Source: a virus
Direction: 5' to 3' (one strand)
IMG/VR virus record: IMGVR_UViG_3300027509_000014
Length of the DNA stretch: 41,052 nucleotides
Part shown: piece after piece, positions 29,306 through 39,287 of the stretch
Numbering within the stretch: position 1 is the first letter of the stretch
How the letters are laid out: each line of letters begins with the position of its first letter
The notes under the pieces: model-generated
What the model was told of the DNA's origin: nothing
Databases searched by the model: none
What the model saw: the letters and a program-made list of their open reading frames with translations, nothing else
Program-made: the position numbers and the translations under genes

Positions 29306-32300
29306 ATGGCTGGTAACAAGGTAGCTATTGAAGCATGCTTTACAGATCAGGTTAAAGACGATTGCGGCATGACTCCCATGTTCGCAATGATTGCGCTTGT
29401 GGCCCCGACAGGTTACGAGGGTCCAGTTTATTGCGAACAAACTGGAGACTACGTAAGCACCGAGCTTCCCATTAAGGTTAATTTAGACTCAAAGGGTTGC
29501 CTGAAGTCTTGTCCGCTAATACCAAACAGCTCTCTGAACGTTAAAGATAAAGATGGAAATCCGGCCACTTACTACGAAATAGTCTTAATCGTAGCTGATG
29601 AAAAAAATCCTGTATTGCCAAACGCTTGCCAAACCGTCAAAGGCAACGGTAGCGTAGCCGATAAATGCCGCCAGAAGAAATGTAACGCTTGTCATCCAGG
29701 GCCATCCAAAAAAGCTGGCAAGGTAGCATTTTCCACTAAGTTTGTTTTAGATGACCGCAAAGAAGTTTTGCCTGCGTGTGTGAAGCTCAGTGATGTAACC
29801 ATAGACGGTATCAATCACGACCCCAGTGCACTGCAATGTGCTATGTTCCAGGCTTGTGAAACCCCTTGGGTTGGCATAACCGAAGGGTGCATTGAGATAA
29901 CGCCTGGCGATAATCCAGATGGATGTCCAGGAAATGGACACGCACCTACCTTTGCGCTTAAAATTAGTGATCTAGAAGGTCAAGCGCTTACCTGTACCGA
30001 AGATGGGCTTTACGTAGCCCTGAAAGATTGGGATTGTTCCGAGCTGGAGAACTGCTCGATCAGCCAATTAGGCGATGTTGACATTGAAGGCTGCGCTATT
30101 GGTCAAGTACTTCAGTGGAACGGTGCTGGATTTGTTTGTGGGCCTAAAGCTCAGGTTGAAGTAATAGACGGCCAATGCACTACTGGCTTAATAGTCGGCA
30201 CTGGATCAATTCAAAACCCTTGGGCCGTTCAGTTTAACGTAGAAATCTCTGATATCGCAGATAATCAGGTTATTTGTAATGAGGACGGGCTTTATGTAGC
30301 TCCTGCGTACCTGATGGCGCTCGGCGTAGATACTGATTGTATTTCCGTAGATGTAAATGGCGCTGGCACTGAAGTAGATCCGATTGTAATTTCAGCAAAT
30401 CCCATTCTTTCAAGTTTGTCAGACAATAAAATTGAATGTCTCCTAGACGGTCTTTATGTTGGCGATCAATCAACAACTGCCATAAGTTGCTTTAGCAATG
30501 ACTGCACACACCCCAGCAATATTACTGACATTGATCTTGTAATAACTGGAAGCGGAACTCCTTCAGACCCATTAGTATTTTGCCCAGAAATTATTCTATG
30601 CCCTACTGATGACAACTTACTGCAAAGCACTCCGCAGGGTCTAAAAATATCTTGTCAAGAAATTGCTGACCAAATCGGTCTTAGTGCCGGTCGCGGACTG
30701 GTCTACACCTCTGCTAATAAGAGTTTGTCTATTTGTTTATCATCTGATGATGGTAATATTGCTACGTTTGGTGAAGACGGCTGTATCTATGTTCCATCTC
30801 CAGAACTTATTGGTGGCGGAATTCAAATTGTCGGGTGCGATACTGACGTTATCGATACTACGGTAAGTGGGCTTGGGACAGTTGCCGAGCCTTTCCGCGT
30901 TTGCTCTACTCTAGAATTAGACCCTGAAAAGAATCTGCTTAGCATAACCGGAGACGGCTTACTGGCATCACCTCCAGTATTTGCTCCTGGCGATCACTGT
31001 GAAGAAGATTCTTGCATCTCTATTACTGTAGCTGGATGCGGCTTGCCCGCAGACCCATTCTTGATAGATGGAACGGTAATCGTCTCTGAAGAAGATGATA
31101 ATGCCATCACTTGTAAAGAAGACGGATTGTATGCTCCGCTGGCAGATGGTTCCGAAACAATCCTTCTAGCCGTTGGCGAAGATTGTATCAATGTTGAACT
31201 AGATGGCACTGGCACACTGGCTGATCCATATGAGCTGACCGTAGGCTTGTCGATTGATCCAGCGCTTGAGAACCAAGCCGTGTGTCGCTCTCAAGGAATA
31301 TTTGTTCCTTCTGCAGACGGTAGCGAAACGCAGATACAGGCGCTAAACAACACTTGTGTAGCGACCAACGTATTCGGCAACGGTACAACTTCTGCTCCTT
31401 ATGTAATCGAAAGCTCTGTAATAATTTCTGGTACGGCCGGAAACACTCTTGGCTGTACTGATAGTGGTCTTTATGTTGGAGCGCAAGTTCTAAACGTAAG
31501 CGGTAGCGAATGTATTGATCTGAAAGTATCTGGAACTGGTGAACTTACCAATCCCTGGGCGCTTAGCGCAGATATTAAAATCAACACTGCCGAGACAAAC
31601 CTAATTTCTTGTGAAGATGGACTTTACGTACCAGCTCCTAAATTCACTATTCTTGCCGACAACTGCCTTGATTTCCAAATTGACGGCTCCGGCACCGAGG
31701 TAGACCCTTGGGTTATTGATGCTGGTATTATTGTAGACCCCAATCCATGCAATATTGTAAAGTGCGGAATTGATGGCCTTGGAGTTTCCGAAGAAGATCT
31801 ATTCGCTGCTGTCGCTAAAGGAATAATTTCTGGAGAAATATCTTATCCAGTCTCAGATCTAGCCGATAACTGCATGGTTGTTGCCGAAGATGGACTATAC
31901 GTAAAGTGCGCAGACGGCTCAGAAACTGTTGTCCAGCACGTTAGCGGTAACTGCACAACCGCATCTATTGTAGGCTCGGGTACGGTTTCTAACCCGTATG
32001 TTCTAAGTACAAACGTACAAATTTCAGGAGATGCCAACAACAATATTGTTTGCACCGCAAACGGTCTTTACGCTTCTCCAACAATGTTCGACTTGATTTC
32101 AAGTCCTTGCATCGAAGCATGCATGGTTGGTCTTGGCACTGCGGCCTCTCCATATCTAATCAGCAATACTTTAGTAATTTCTGAAGATGACTGTAACGGC
32201 GCTATCTGCACCGACACTGGCCTGTTCGTAGAAGACCGAGGCTACTTGAGTCTGTCCAGCAATCTTGATTTCGGCAAGATTCTGACTGGCGAACTTTGTG

Positions 32301-33262
32301 GAACTGGAAGCATATGTGACCCTTACGAACTTGATCTTGGAATTAGTATTTCAGATCATGAGTGTAACACCTTAGAGATCAAAGAGGACGGCCTATTCGT
32401 TGCTGCTTCGGGCCATATAGTTCAAAGCAGCGCTAATCCAAACTGTGACACGGGCACAAGCGGATGCGTCGTGATAGATGTAGACGGAGATGGCTCTAAA
32501 GAAAATCCATACTTCATAAAAGCTGACATTAGGATTGATAATCAAGCTGTAGCAAACTTGGTTCGCTGTACTGATGATGGCCTTCTTGTTAGCCCTCAAG
32601 ATGTTGTTCAAACTATCATAAACAACTACGCAGGAGACGGCCTAGGCTCTGACGACGGCGATCTAGTAATAGTCGTTTCTGAAGAAGCCAACAATTGCCT
32701 GAAGCTAAATAACGATGGTCTCTTTGTTGCTTGCCCAACCTCTAGTGATCTAATCAATATGGATGCGGCTGACTCCGCTCTTATTTGCACCACGGTAACT
32801 GGTGACGGATCTGACGTAGACCCATTTGTGGTTTACTCAGAATTAAAGGTAGACCCAGATCCATGCAACATAATCAACACCAATGAAAATGGATTGTTTG
32901 CAAAAACAACAATCGGGTTTGAGATTGGCCAAGATGGAGTTCTTGACGCAACCGCTGAGTACCCATCTCTATGGCGTGCCTGGTGTGACGGAACTGTAGA
33001 ATTCAAAATAGCTGGACTGTCATACGGTTCAGTAAGTAATGCCGCCACTCATTATGAAATCATAAACCAAAGTGGCGATATTGTTTATAGCGGCTTCATC
33101 CCACCGGGCGCTCAATATGATACTCTTAACTTGGGACCATTTAACGTCTCTGAGGGTCAAGGATACGCAGTGAGAGTTGTTGCTCCTTTCCCTGAAGCCG
33201 ATAATTGTGTGCCAGCCTGTGGGCTTGTAATCCAGGGCGTTTACTGCCCCTGCTGCGAATAA
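29306..33262 (+). CDS. Large Cys/Asp-rich beta-repeat tail fibre-like protein (1318 aa)
   Basis: About 18 units ending N.(L/I).C..DGL(Y/F)V, most preceded by C(I/V)...G.GT..DP(Y/W/F); beta-sandwich-like C-terminus; upstream of the major tail gene. Confidence 0.72.
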   Translation: MAGNKVAIEACFTDQVKDDCGMTPMFAMIALVAPTGYEGPVYCEQTGDYVSTELPIKVNLDSKGCLKSCPLIPNSSLNVKDKDGNPATYYEIVLIVADEKNPVLPNACQTVKGNGSVADKCRQKKCNACHPGPSKKAGKVAFSTKFVLDDRKEVLPACVKLSDVTIDGINHDPSALQCAMFQACETPWVGITEGCIEITPGDNPDGCPGNGHAPTFALKISDLEGQALTCTEDGLYVALKDWDCSELENCSISQLGDVDIEGCAIGQVLQWNGAGFVCGPKAQVEVIDGQCTTGLIVGTGSIQNPWAVQFNVEISDIADNQVICNEDGLYVAPAYLMALGVDTDCISVDVNGAGTEVDPIVISANPILSSLSDNKIECLLDGLYVGDQSTTAISCFSNDCTHPSNITDIDLVITGSGTPSDPLVFCPEIILCPTDDNLLQSTPQGLKISCQEIADQIGLSAGRGLVYTSANKSLSICLSSDDGNIATFGEDGCIYVPSPELIGGGIQIVGCDTDVIDTTVSGLGTVAEPFRVCSTLELDPEKNLLSITGDGLLASPPVFAPGDHCEEDSCISITVAGCGLPADPFLIDGTVIVSEEDDNAITCKEDGLYAPLADGSETILLAVGEDCINVELDGTGTLADPYELTVGLSIDPALENQAVCRSQGIFVPSADGSETQIQALNNTCVATNVFGNGTTSAPYVIESSVIISGTAGNTLGCTDSGLYVGAQVLNVSGSECIDLKVSGTGELTNPWALSADIKINTAETNLISCEDGLYVPAPKFTILADNCLDFQIDGSGTEVDPWVIDAGIIVDPNPCNIVKCGIDGLGVSEEDLFAAVAKGIISGEISYPVSDLADNCMVVAEDGLYVKCADGSETVVQHVSGNCTTASIVGSGTVSNPYVLSTNVQISGDANNNIVCTANGLYASPTMFDLISSPCIEACMVGLGTAASPYLISNTLVISEDDCNGAICTDTGLFVEDRGYLSLSSNLDFGKILTGELCGTGSICDPYELDLGISISDHECNTLEIKEDGLFVAASGHIVQSSANPNCDTGTSGCVVIDVDGDGSKENPYFIKADIRIDNQAVANLVRCTDDGLLVSPQDVVQTIINNYAGDGLGSDDGDLVIVVSEEANNCLKLNNDGLFVACPTSSDLINMDAADSALICTTVTGDGSDVDPFVVYSELKVDPDPCNIINTNENGLFAKTTIGFEIGQDGVLDATAEYPSLWRAWCDGTVEFKIAGLSYGSVSNAATHYEIINQSGDIVYSGFIPPGAQYDTLNLGPFNVSEGQGYAVRVVAPFPEADNCVPACGLVIQGVYCPCCE

Positions 33263-33277
33263 GATTAGGAATCAAAA

Positions 33278-35461
33278 ATGGCTTTAAATCCATCCAGCAC
33301 AGGATCGACTATCCACTTTATAGATAGTGAGTGCATCGAGTTTGACGTAAGCGGAAAGGGCACTAAGTCCGATCCGCTTATGATCGGAGCTTCGCTCATT
33401 ACAGACGACACCTCCGTCAAGTGTACCGAAAATGGTCTAGCGGTTTGTGTTCAGCTTACAGACGGCACAGACGGCACAGACGGCACAGACGGCACAGACG
33501 GAAACGGGACTAATGGCTCTGATGGAGTCATTGAGCTAAGCGTAGATCCAACCGACTGTCTTCCTCTAACCCTAACTGGTGAAGGTACCGTAGCGGACCC
33601 GTTGGTGGTTTCTGGTGAAATAAATATTTCACAACATCCAGATAATACACTTCTATGTACGACTGCTGGTCTTCTTTCAATAGTAAGTATTGAAACATCT
33701 GACCTTAACCCTGGATGTCTAAATACTGCCATTGAGGGAAACGGTACTATAGATAATCCCTTTGTTATATTTACAGAACTTGAAATAGCCTGCAGTCAAG
33801 ATAATCTTTTGGTCTGCACCGATAAAGGTCTTGGCGCTTGCCTGGAATACAATTTCTCTCACGGCAACTGTGTAGAATTTGGCGTATCTGGATACGGAAC
33901 CGCTAATGATCCTCTACACTTTCACTCTGATATAAATATCTCTTGCCTAGAAAGTAATAATATAACCTGCGCCGCTGATGGGCTTTACGTTCCAAGATAC
34001 CAGCTTCTGGCCGCAGGTTCTAATACCATTAATCTTCACGCAGAGGGCAGTGGTGAATACGCCGATCCCTGGATTCTTCATGCTGAAGTCAAGGTCAGCA
34101 ATTCTGATGAAAACAAAATCAGAGTTACTGGCAACGGTTTGTTTGTCGGAGCAGATATTATTAATGATGCTTCCTCTGATTGTGTTAGAAACGTAGTATC
34201 GGGAGTCGGAACGGCTACCGACCCATACTATGTTACTCCAGAAATAATCGTAAGGCCTCACGTAGATAACTCTGTTGTCTGTAGCCCTGAAGGTTTGTTC
34301 GTTGAAAATACCAGCGTTTACAACTTTAAAGACACCAGTCTTATTACTTGGGAAGTGACTGGATCAGGAACCCCTTCTGATCCTAAGGTTGTATGCCCAA
34401 CACTCGCCTTGACGCCTAGCGTATCCACAGACCCAAATGCTGAAAATTGCGATTCTGGCTCTGGACTTCTCTACGTTGGGCAAAACGGTTTAGAAGTTAG
34501 GCCTACAAATATTCAAATAGATCCCAATTGCGTGGGTACCGGAGCCTGGATCTCCCTTGAGGGAGAAGGCACCACAACAGACCCGTTAAATATTTGTGTG
34601 GGAACACAGCTCGCAGACGATAGCTCAAACCTTCTGAGGATATGCGACACTGGTCTTATCCTAGACTGTTCGGACCTAGCTTGCTGTTTCGACAATTTAT
34701 TCTCAAATGATCCAGCTCTTGAGATGAACAACGGTCAGGTTTACTTTTCTCCGTCAAATGATGACTGTAATCAAATATCTATTGGTTGTGACGGCAAACC
34801 ATACGTGGCTCCAATTTGCGTAGATAATAATACTTCTTGCGGAATCTTACTAGATGTAGACGCTGATAACTGCTTGTCTGCAGCCATTCATCTTGACGCA
34901 TCTGCTGGAGAAAATGATCTAGAAATTTACAACGGTGGTCTATACCTCAAGCCATTAGAAGTATTCAACAGCAATAGCGTTGAGCTTTATCTAATCGACA
35001 GAGAACTTCAGGCTTCAGTAATTGTATCTCCAGAAGGTTGTGATCCCGCAACTGCTCCGTATTCCTGTAACGCTCTTGTCGAAACAAACAGTGGTTTGTT
35101 TGTAGATGGGCGCAACTGGGGCAATTTCGAATTAGGCATATCTGGATGCGCTGTAGCTAACTGCTTGTTTGATGGAGCTGCCTATGTTTCCCACGACGAG
35201 ATTCTTGTCAAAAGCCTTAGTTGGTATCTGAGAAAGGCTCCTTCGGGAACTGATCTAACTGTTCAGGTTCTCGTTAATGGTATGACAGCCCACACGTTCG
35301 TTGTGGCTGATGGCGCTGTTGATAAAAGTAGCGGAGTCATTGCCCTCGGCGACGGATTCATCATTCCTGCTGGTGCTCAAGTTATGCTTAATGTAATCTC
35401 AGCTGGCATAGAAACTCCAGCCGAAGACCTCGTACTTAATTTCAAGTACTGCTGGTGCTAA
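33278..35461 (+). CDS. Second Cys-rich beta-repeat tail fibre-like protein (727 aa)
   Basis: About 11 units of the same repeat; C-domain (APSGTDLTVQVLVNG...AEDLVLNF) resembles actinophage minor tail C-termini. Confidence 0.72.
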   Translation: MALNPSSTGSTIHFIDSECIEFDVSGKGTKSDPLMIGASLITDDTSVKCTENGLAVCVQLTDGTDGTDGTDGTDGNGTNGSDGVIELSVDPTDCLPLTLTGEGTVADPLVVSGEINISQHPDNTLLCTTAGLLSIVSIETSDLNPGCLNTAIEGNGTIDNPFVIFTELEIACSQDNLLVCTDKGLGACLEYNFSHGNCVEFGVSGYGTANDPLHFHSDINISCLESNNITCAADGLYVPRYQLLAAGSNTINLHAEGSGEYADPWILHAEVKVSNSDENKIRVTGNGLFVGADIINDASSDCVRNVVSGVGTATDPYYVTPEIIVRPHVDNSVVCSPEGLFVENTSVYNFKDTSLITWEVTGSGTPSDPKVVCPTLALTPSVSTDPNAENCDSGSGLLYVGQNGLEVRPTNIQIDPNCVGTGAWISLEGEGTTTDPLNICVGTQLADDSSNLLRICDTGLILDCSDLACCFDNLFSNDPALEMNNGQVYFSPSNDDCNQISIGCDGKPYVAPICVDNNTSCGILLDVDADNCLSAAIHLDASAGENDLEIYNGGLYLKPLEVFNSNSVELYLIDRELQASVIVSPEGCDPATAPYSCNALVETNSGLFVDGRNWGNFELGISGCAVANCLFDGAAYVSHDEILVKSLSWYLRKAPSGTDLTVQVLVNGMTAHTFVVADGAVDKSSGVIALGDGFIIPAGAQVMLNVISAGIETPAEDLVLNFKYCWC
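33458..33502 (+). repeat. 9-bp in-frame tandem repeat ACAGACGGC x5 (TDG x5)
   Basis: Four perfect copies and one with a final mismatch. Confidence 0.9.
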
Positions 35462-35528
35462 GAAATCAATAACCAAATGCTCATTTGAGCTATAATTAAA
35501 TAATACTCTTAAGGCTAGGTTTTTCCAC

Positions 35529-36278
35529 ATGGCTCAAACAACAGATTCAAACTTCAAGTGCATCACGTCACTAAGAGGCCTAGCTCTTAGAGCTACGCTA
35601 CTTGACAGTTGTGGGCGGGCAGTAGACGTTGCTACCGTTCCAAACACTCAGGTTTCTAGTGCTTCTTATGTTTCTTTGAACTTGTCTCCAGACAATGAAG
35701 ATGGCAACCAGATCAGACGCCAAAGAGCCGATGGTTCTTATTGCATCAACGACAACGGTGATCGCCCAAAACTTATGGGCTTAGAGGCGACTCTGGATCT
35801 GTGCGACATCCCAATTGCTCTCAACGAACTGTTGATGTGTACAACTATTTTGGCAAACGATGCTAATGATCCTTTGGGCTTCGTCCTGCCCTCTACTAAC
35901 AACTCAGATTCTTCAGACAACTGTAATCGAAACGTCCTGATGGAAGTTTGGACCCAAAATGGTAGCAAGAAAGTCTGTGATGAGGACGGCAATGCCTTTC
36001 CGTACCTCCGTTGGTTCCTGCCTTATAGCATTAACTGGAAACTGAATGGTGACATCACCTTTGAAGTAAGCGAGGCTGTTAGCTGGCAGCTAATGGGATA
36101 CATCGAGAACAACCCCAACTTCACTTCTCCGGTTGGCCTTGATAATGATCCAGACCTTACTCCTGAACTTATTGAAGCTATTCGTTGCGGCGGACCTCTT
36201 GCCGTAATTTGCACCAACACGCTTCCAGAAGTAAATGATTGTGGCTATATTAACCCACCTTTGGCTGCTGTTGCGTAA
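35529..36278 (+). CDS. Major tail (tube) protein
   Basis: C...RG..LRAT.LD.CG, YVSLNL....EDG..I....ADG..C, LDLC, MEVWT, YLRWFLP resemble cluster-B-like actinophage major tail proteins; TATAAT upstream at 35491-35496. Confidence 0.75.
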   Translation: MAQTTDSNFKCITSLRGLALRATLLDSCGRAVDVATVPNTQVSSASYVSLNLSPDNEDGNQIRRQRADGSYCINDNGDRPKLMGLEATLDLCDIPIALNELLMCTTILANDANDPLGFVLPSTNNSDSSDNCNRNVLMEVWTQNGSKKVCDEDGNAFPYLRWFLPYSINWKLNGDITFEVSEAVSWQLMGYIENNPNFTSPVGLDNDPDLTPELIEAIRCGGPLAVICTNTLPEVNDCGYINPPLAAVA

Positions 36279-36317
36279 ATAACCATCTCACACCAGCATG
36301 CGCTGATTGTTTGATTG

Positions 36318-36326
36318 TGGTATAAT
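36318..36326 (+). promoter_or_regulatory. Extended -10 promoter (TGGTATAAT)
   Basis: Intergenic, 40 nt before ATG 36367. Confidence 0.55.
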
Positions 36327-36366
36327 TACTAATAGTATTATACTCTAGATAAGGTTTAATTTTTCG

Positions 36367-38535
36367 ATGTGGCTTCAAGAACATATTGAAGAATTCGAAC
36401 CCGGAGCCGGGATCGAAAACACTACTCACACTTGTGATATATGTGCTCCTTACTTAGATGCTGCGCGACCACGCAAAGAGCTAGCCTCATTTTTGACCAC
36501 CGAAGATGTTCGTGGTAAAGGCTATTCTAGAATAGTCGGAAATTTTGGAGCAAAGCCTTCCGATTTTGACCCCATGAACCCAGTTTCTATGTGCGGTCTT
36601 TGGATCACTCCCAGCTATATGGCTGATTGCGACATATGGCCCGAAGAAGCCTCTGAGGAAGCCATAAGGGTTTCTATAGCTTACGCATCAGAGATACTGA
36701 ACAAGCTTATAGGAAGCCAAATTAGAGGGGTATGTGAGCTTACTGTTCACCCTGGAGCCGTTAACGAAGATGATGATCGTTGGCGAAACAAAGAGATCTA
36801 TTGCCCACCTGGCAAAATATATTCTGACAAGATTTCTGATAACGCTCGCTGCCCCGATCCTTGGTTTGATGAGTGTAGCGGAGACGAGCTGAGGCTACCA
36901 GGCCCGATCCAGGCTATTGGTGAAATTGTCATAAACGGTGAGATTCTTTACAAAGATTCTTACTTCATCAAAAATTCTAATATTTTAGTACGCTGTGATG
37001 GTAAGCCTTGGCATAGAGATAATAACTGCATGAAGAGATCTCCATATAAGGTTTGGCCTGAAAGAATTGTCGAGGCGGATTCCAAAATCAATTCTGGTGA
37101 CCTGAACTGGAAAGACCGATACTTAGTAGATGAAAATATTCATCCAGCTAAAGAAATTTTCAAAATGCCTGAAATAGATGGCGTTGAATGTGCTCCAGAT
37201 TGGGCTGCTGACTTTTTGGCCTCTAATCCCTTAGTCTTCAAAGATCACTCTGGCAAGCACTGGGTTGATAGTTTTTTGTCTCACAACGGCATAGAGCCAG
37301 TCAAAGTATGTAAAGATAAGATATTTGGCAACCAATGGATACTTTCCCCTTCTCAAATAGATTCATTGACCGATAAGCCCAAAGAGGTTGGCTGCAAGTC
37401 TTGTTATAAATCAATGTCTTTTGGCGAGTGTTGCAATAAGTGTGGAATGGTAGACGCTATTGTTTATAATCCTGAGGCTTCGCAAACAGGTAAACTGCCT
37501 ACCTGGATTGAGCAGTGGGCTGATCGAAAACGAATTGACGTTGATGTTGAAGACCCCAAGCACTGGCTAGAAATAGCGGCAGATGAATGTGGTCTTTATA
37601 TTGAGCCACACGAAATAGAAAATTTCCCGGTCAATACAATAGAACTATGCACCGATGATACTTGCAAAAAGGAGCCGGAGGAGTTTAGTTTACATGAATT
37701 AAACTACAATCCTTTGGGTCACGATGTTGTCGGCATCACATTAACTGCTTGCTGTCATTCTCAAGGAAATGTCCTACTCAAAGAGCTTGGCCCAATAGTT
37801 AGCGGATGTGGATATGAATCCTTCAAGATGGTCATTCATCATGCGTCTAGCTCATTCAAAGATGATGACTGTGAAGAGACTGACGTAAACGTTGCTTGTT
37901 TAGACAACGCTCCTTCTTGGGCTAAGTCTTGGCTCAACGACGATTACGTAGAAGAGGACTGCAATTACGAAGAGTTGGATATAAGCAACTCAGATAGGCT
38001 TCCAGAGTGGCTAGCCGGAGGGCTTGGGCCGTCTGCTCCATCAGAAGTTGAAGAGTTCTTTAAAGACTGGGTTAAGAACAATTCAAAAATGGAAATAGAA
38101 ACCCCTGCTAAAAAAACTATAGCGGCAGAGCCTCCCAGCATTCATGTCTGGAACGACAGCGAAACTTATAACGCTCAAAACGCCCTAGACGATGGCACTG
38201 TTTCTTGGGCAATACGCTACTACGCAGGGGAAGTTCCTTCGGAGTCTGCAAAACTAGCCGCCGCTTTTTTGGCCAAAGAGATTGTCACTAGTTTATGCGG
38301 ATCGAATACATGCTTCAACAGCAGACACTTGTCTAGACTAACTATTGATCAATCCGCCGACTTTCGTTGGCCAGATATATTCAAGAGTCTTGAAAAAGGC
38401 TTAACGGGAATTATGGAGATTGATTTATTTATTAAATCATGCAACCCAAATGGCCTTCAAAGAACTGGCTATGGTTTTAGCGCCTGCAAGTATGCCAAGT
38501 CTAGAAAAGTTCACACACTTAGAAGGCCATACTAA
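36367..38535 (+). CDS. Head-to-tail adaptor with large internal insertion
   Basis: ASEIL..LIG...GVCELTVHP, LPGPIQAIGEIVING, LVRCDGKPW, then after the insert IRYYAG..P...KLAAAFLAKE...C...C, GLTGIMEIDLFIKSCNP.GL. Confidence 0.7.
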   Translation: MWLQEHIEEFEPGAGIENTTHTCDICAPYLDAARPRKELASFLTTEDVRGKGYSRIVGNFGAKPSDFDPMNPVSMCGLWITPSYMADCDIWPEEASEEAIRVSIAYASEILNKLIGSQIRGVCELTVHPGAVNEDDDRWRNKEIYCPPGKIYSDKISDNARCPDPWFDECSGDELRLPGPIQAIGEIVINGEILYKDSYFIKNSNILVRCDGKPWHRDNNCMKRSPYKVWPERIVEADSKINSGDLNWKDRYLVDENIHPAKEIFKMPEIDGVECAPDWAADFLASNPLVFKDHSGKHWVDSFLSHNGIEPVKVCKDKIFGNQWILSPSQIDSLTDKPKEVGCKSCYKSMSFGECCNKCGMVDAIVYNPEASQTGKLPTWIEQWADRKRIDVDVEDPKHWLEIAADECGLYIEPHEIENFPVNTIELCTDDTCKKEPEEFSLHELNYNPLGHDVVGITLTACCHSQGNVLLKELGPIVSGCGYESFKMVIHHASSSFKDDDCEETDVNVACLDNAPSWAKSWLNDDYVEEDCNYEELDISNSDRLPEWLAGGLGPSAPSEVEEFFKDWVKNNSKMEIETPAKKTIAAEPPSIHVWNDSETYNAQNALDDGTVSWAIRYYAGEVPSESAKLAAAFLAKEIVTSLCGSNTCFNSRHLSRLTIDQSADFRWPDIFKSLEKGLTGIMEIDLFIKSCNPNGLQRTGYGFSACKYAKSRKVHTLRRPY

Positions 38536-39287
38536 TGAAAGATTTAAAAAGTCCAGATTATGCTTATTGGCCATCTAGATCTGTATGGTTTGATGTTGGC
38601 TATGATTTATTAACACTAGCTAATGATTGTTTGGCCGATACTCCGTTTGGGTCTCCTTCGGAAATGTTTATGAGTATAGATGAACCAGATTTTAACTGTT
38701 GTGATTTTATATCTGTAAATATGCAAGTAATTAGACCAATTCAAATGAGAGAAGGCGCATTTCCAGAAGAGAACTTTCAATCTGTTCAAAATTGCGATGG
38801 CATTTACTGGGTTCCTAGATACGAAATAACTATTGGGAGACCCTGCAAGCCATTGCTGGCCCAAGACTCAAACAGACCAGTGCCTGCATCGGAAAAAGAA
38901 AGATCTGAATACGCTAGAGCTATCTATCACGACACCGAAACAATAAGCTGCTGTGTAACCGAGAAAGTTTCTAACGGTTACGAATTGGGGGGCTTGACTT
39001 TCAGTAGACAAGAAGTCTTCCCTCAGCAGGTGTATCCAGAAACGTTTGGCACCTGCACAAGACTTAGATTTAGAATAATGTTTGATTTCGATACTTGTTG
39101 CATACCTCATGGTAAGAATGGCGGGCGGGGCTATAATGATTGTGATTGGGTGGATAGAAAGCTGAGCGAAGGGCCGTTGGGGGCATCTCCCTTACCCGCC
39201 ATGCCTAGCCGATATCTTTTGGATGAAATACTCGAAGATCAAAAGGCCAGAAAGAACTCGCATTCAAAAAATGAGGAGTTGAAGTAA
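38535..39287 (+). CDS. Neck / tail terminator-like protein
   Basis: Position after the adaptor, TAATG coupling, DFNCCD...YEITIGRPC...ISCC pattern. Confidence 0.55.
   Translation: MKDLKSPDYAYWPSRSVWFDVGYDLLTLANDCLADTPFGSPSEMFMSIDEPDFNCCDFISVNMQVIRPIQMREGAFPEENFQSVQNCDGIYWVPRYEITIGRPCKPLLAQDSNRPVPASEKERSEYARAIYHDTETISCCVTEKVSNGYELGGLTFSRQEVFPQQVYPETFGTCTRLRFRIMFDFDTCCIPHGKNGGRGYNDCDWVDRKLSEGPLGASPLPAMPSRYLLDEILEDQKARKNSHSKNEELK

Noticed and set aside
24886-35461. Diversity-generating retroelement acting on the fibres
   Set aside because: No reverse transcriptase gene, and no near-identical TR/VR pair differing at adenines was noticed; the repeats are diverged at DNA level.
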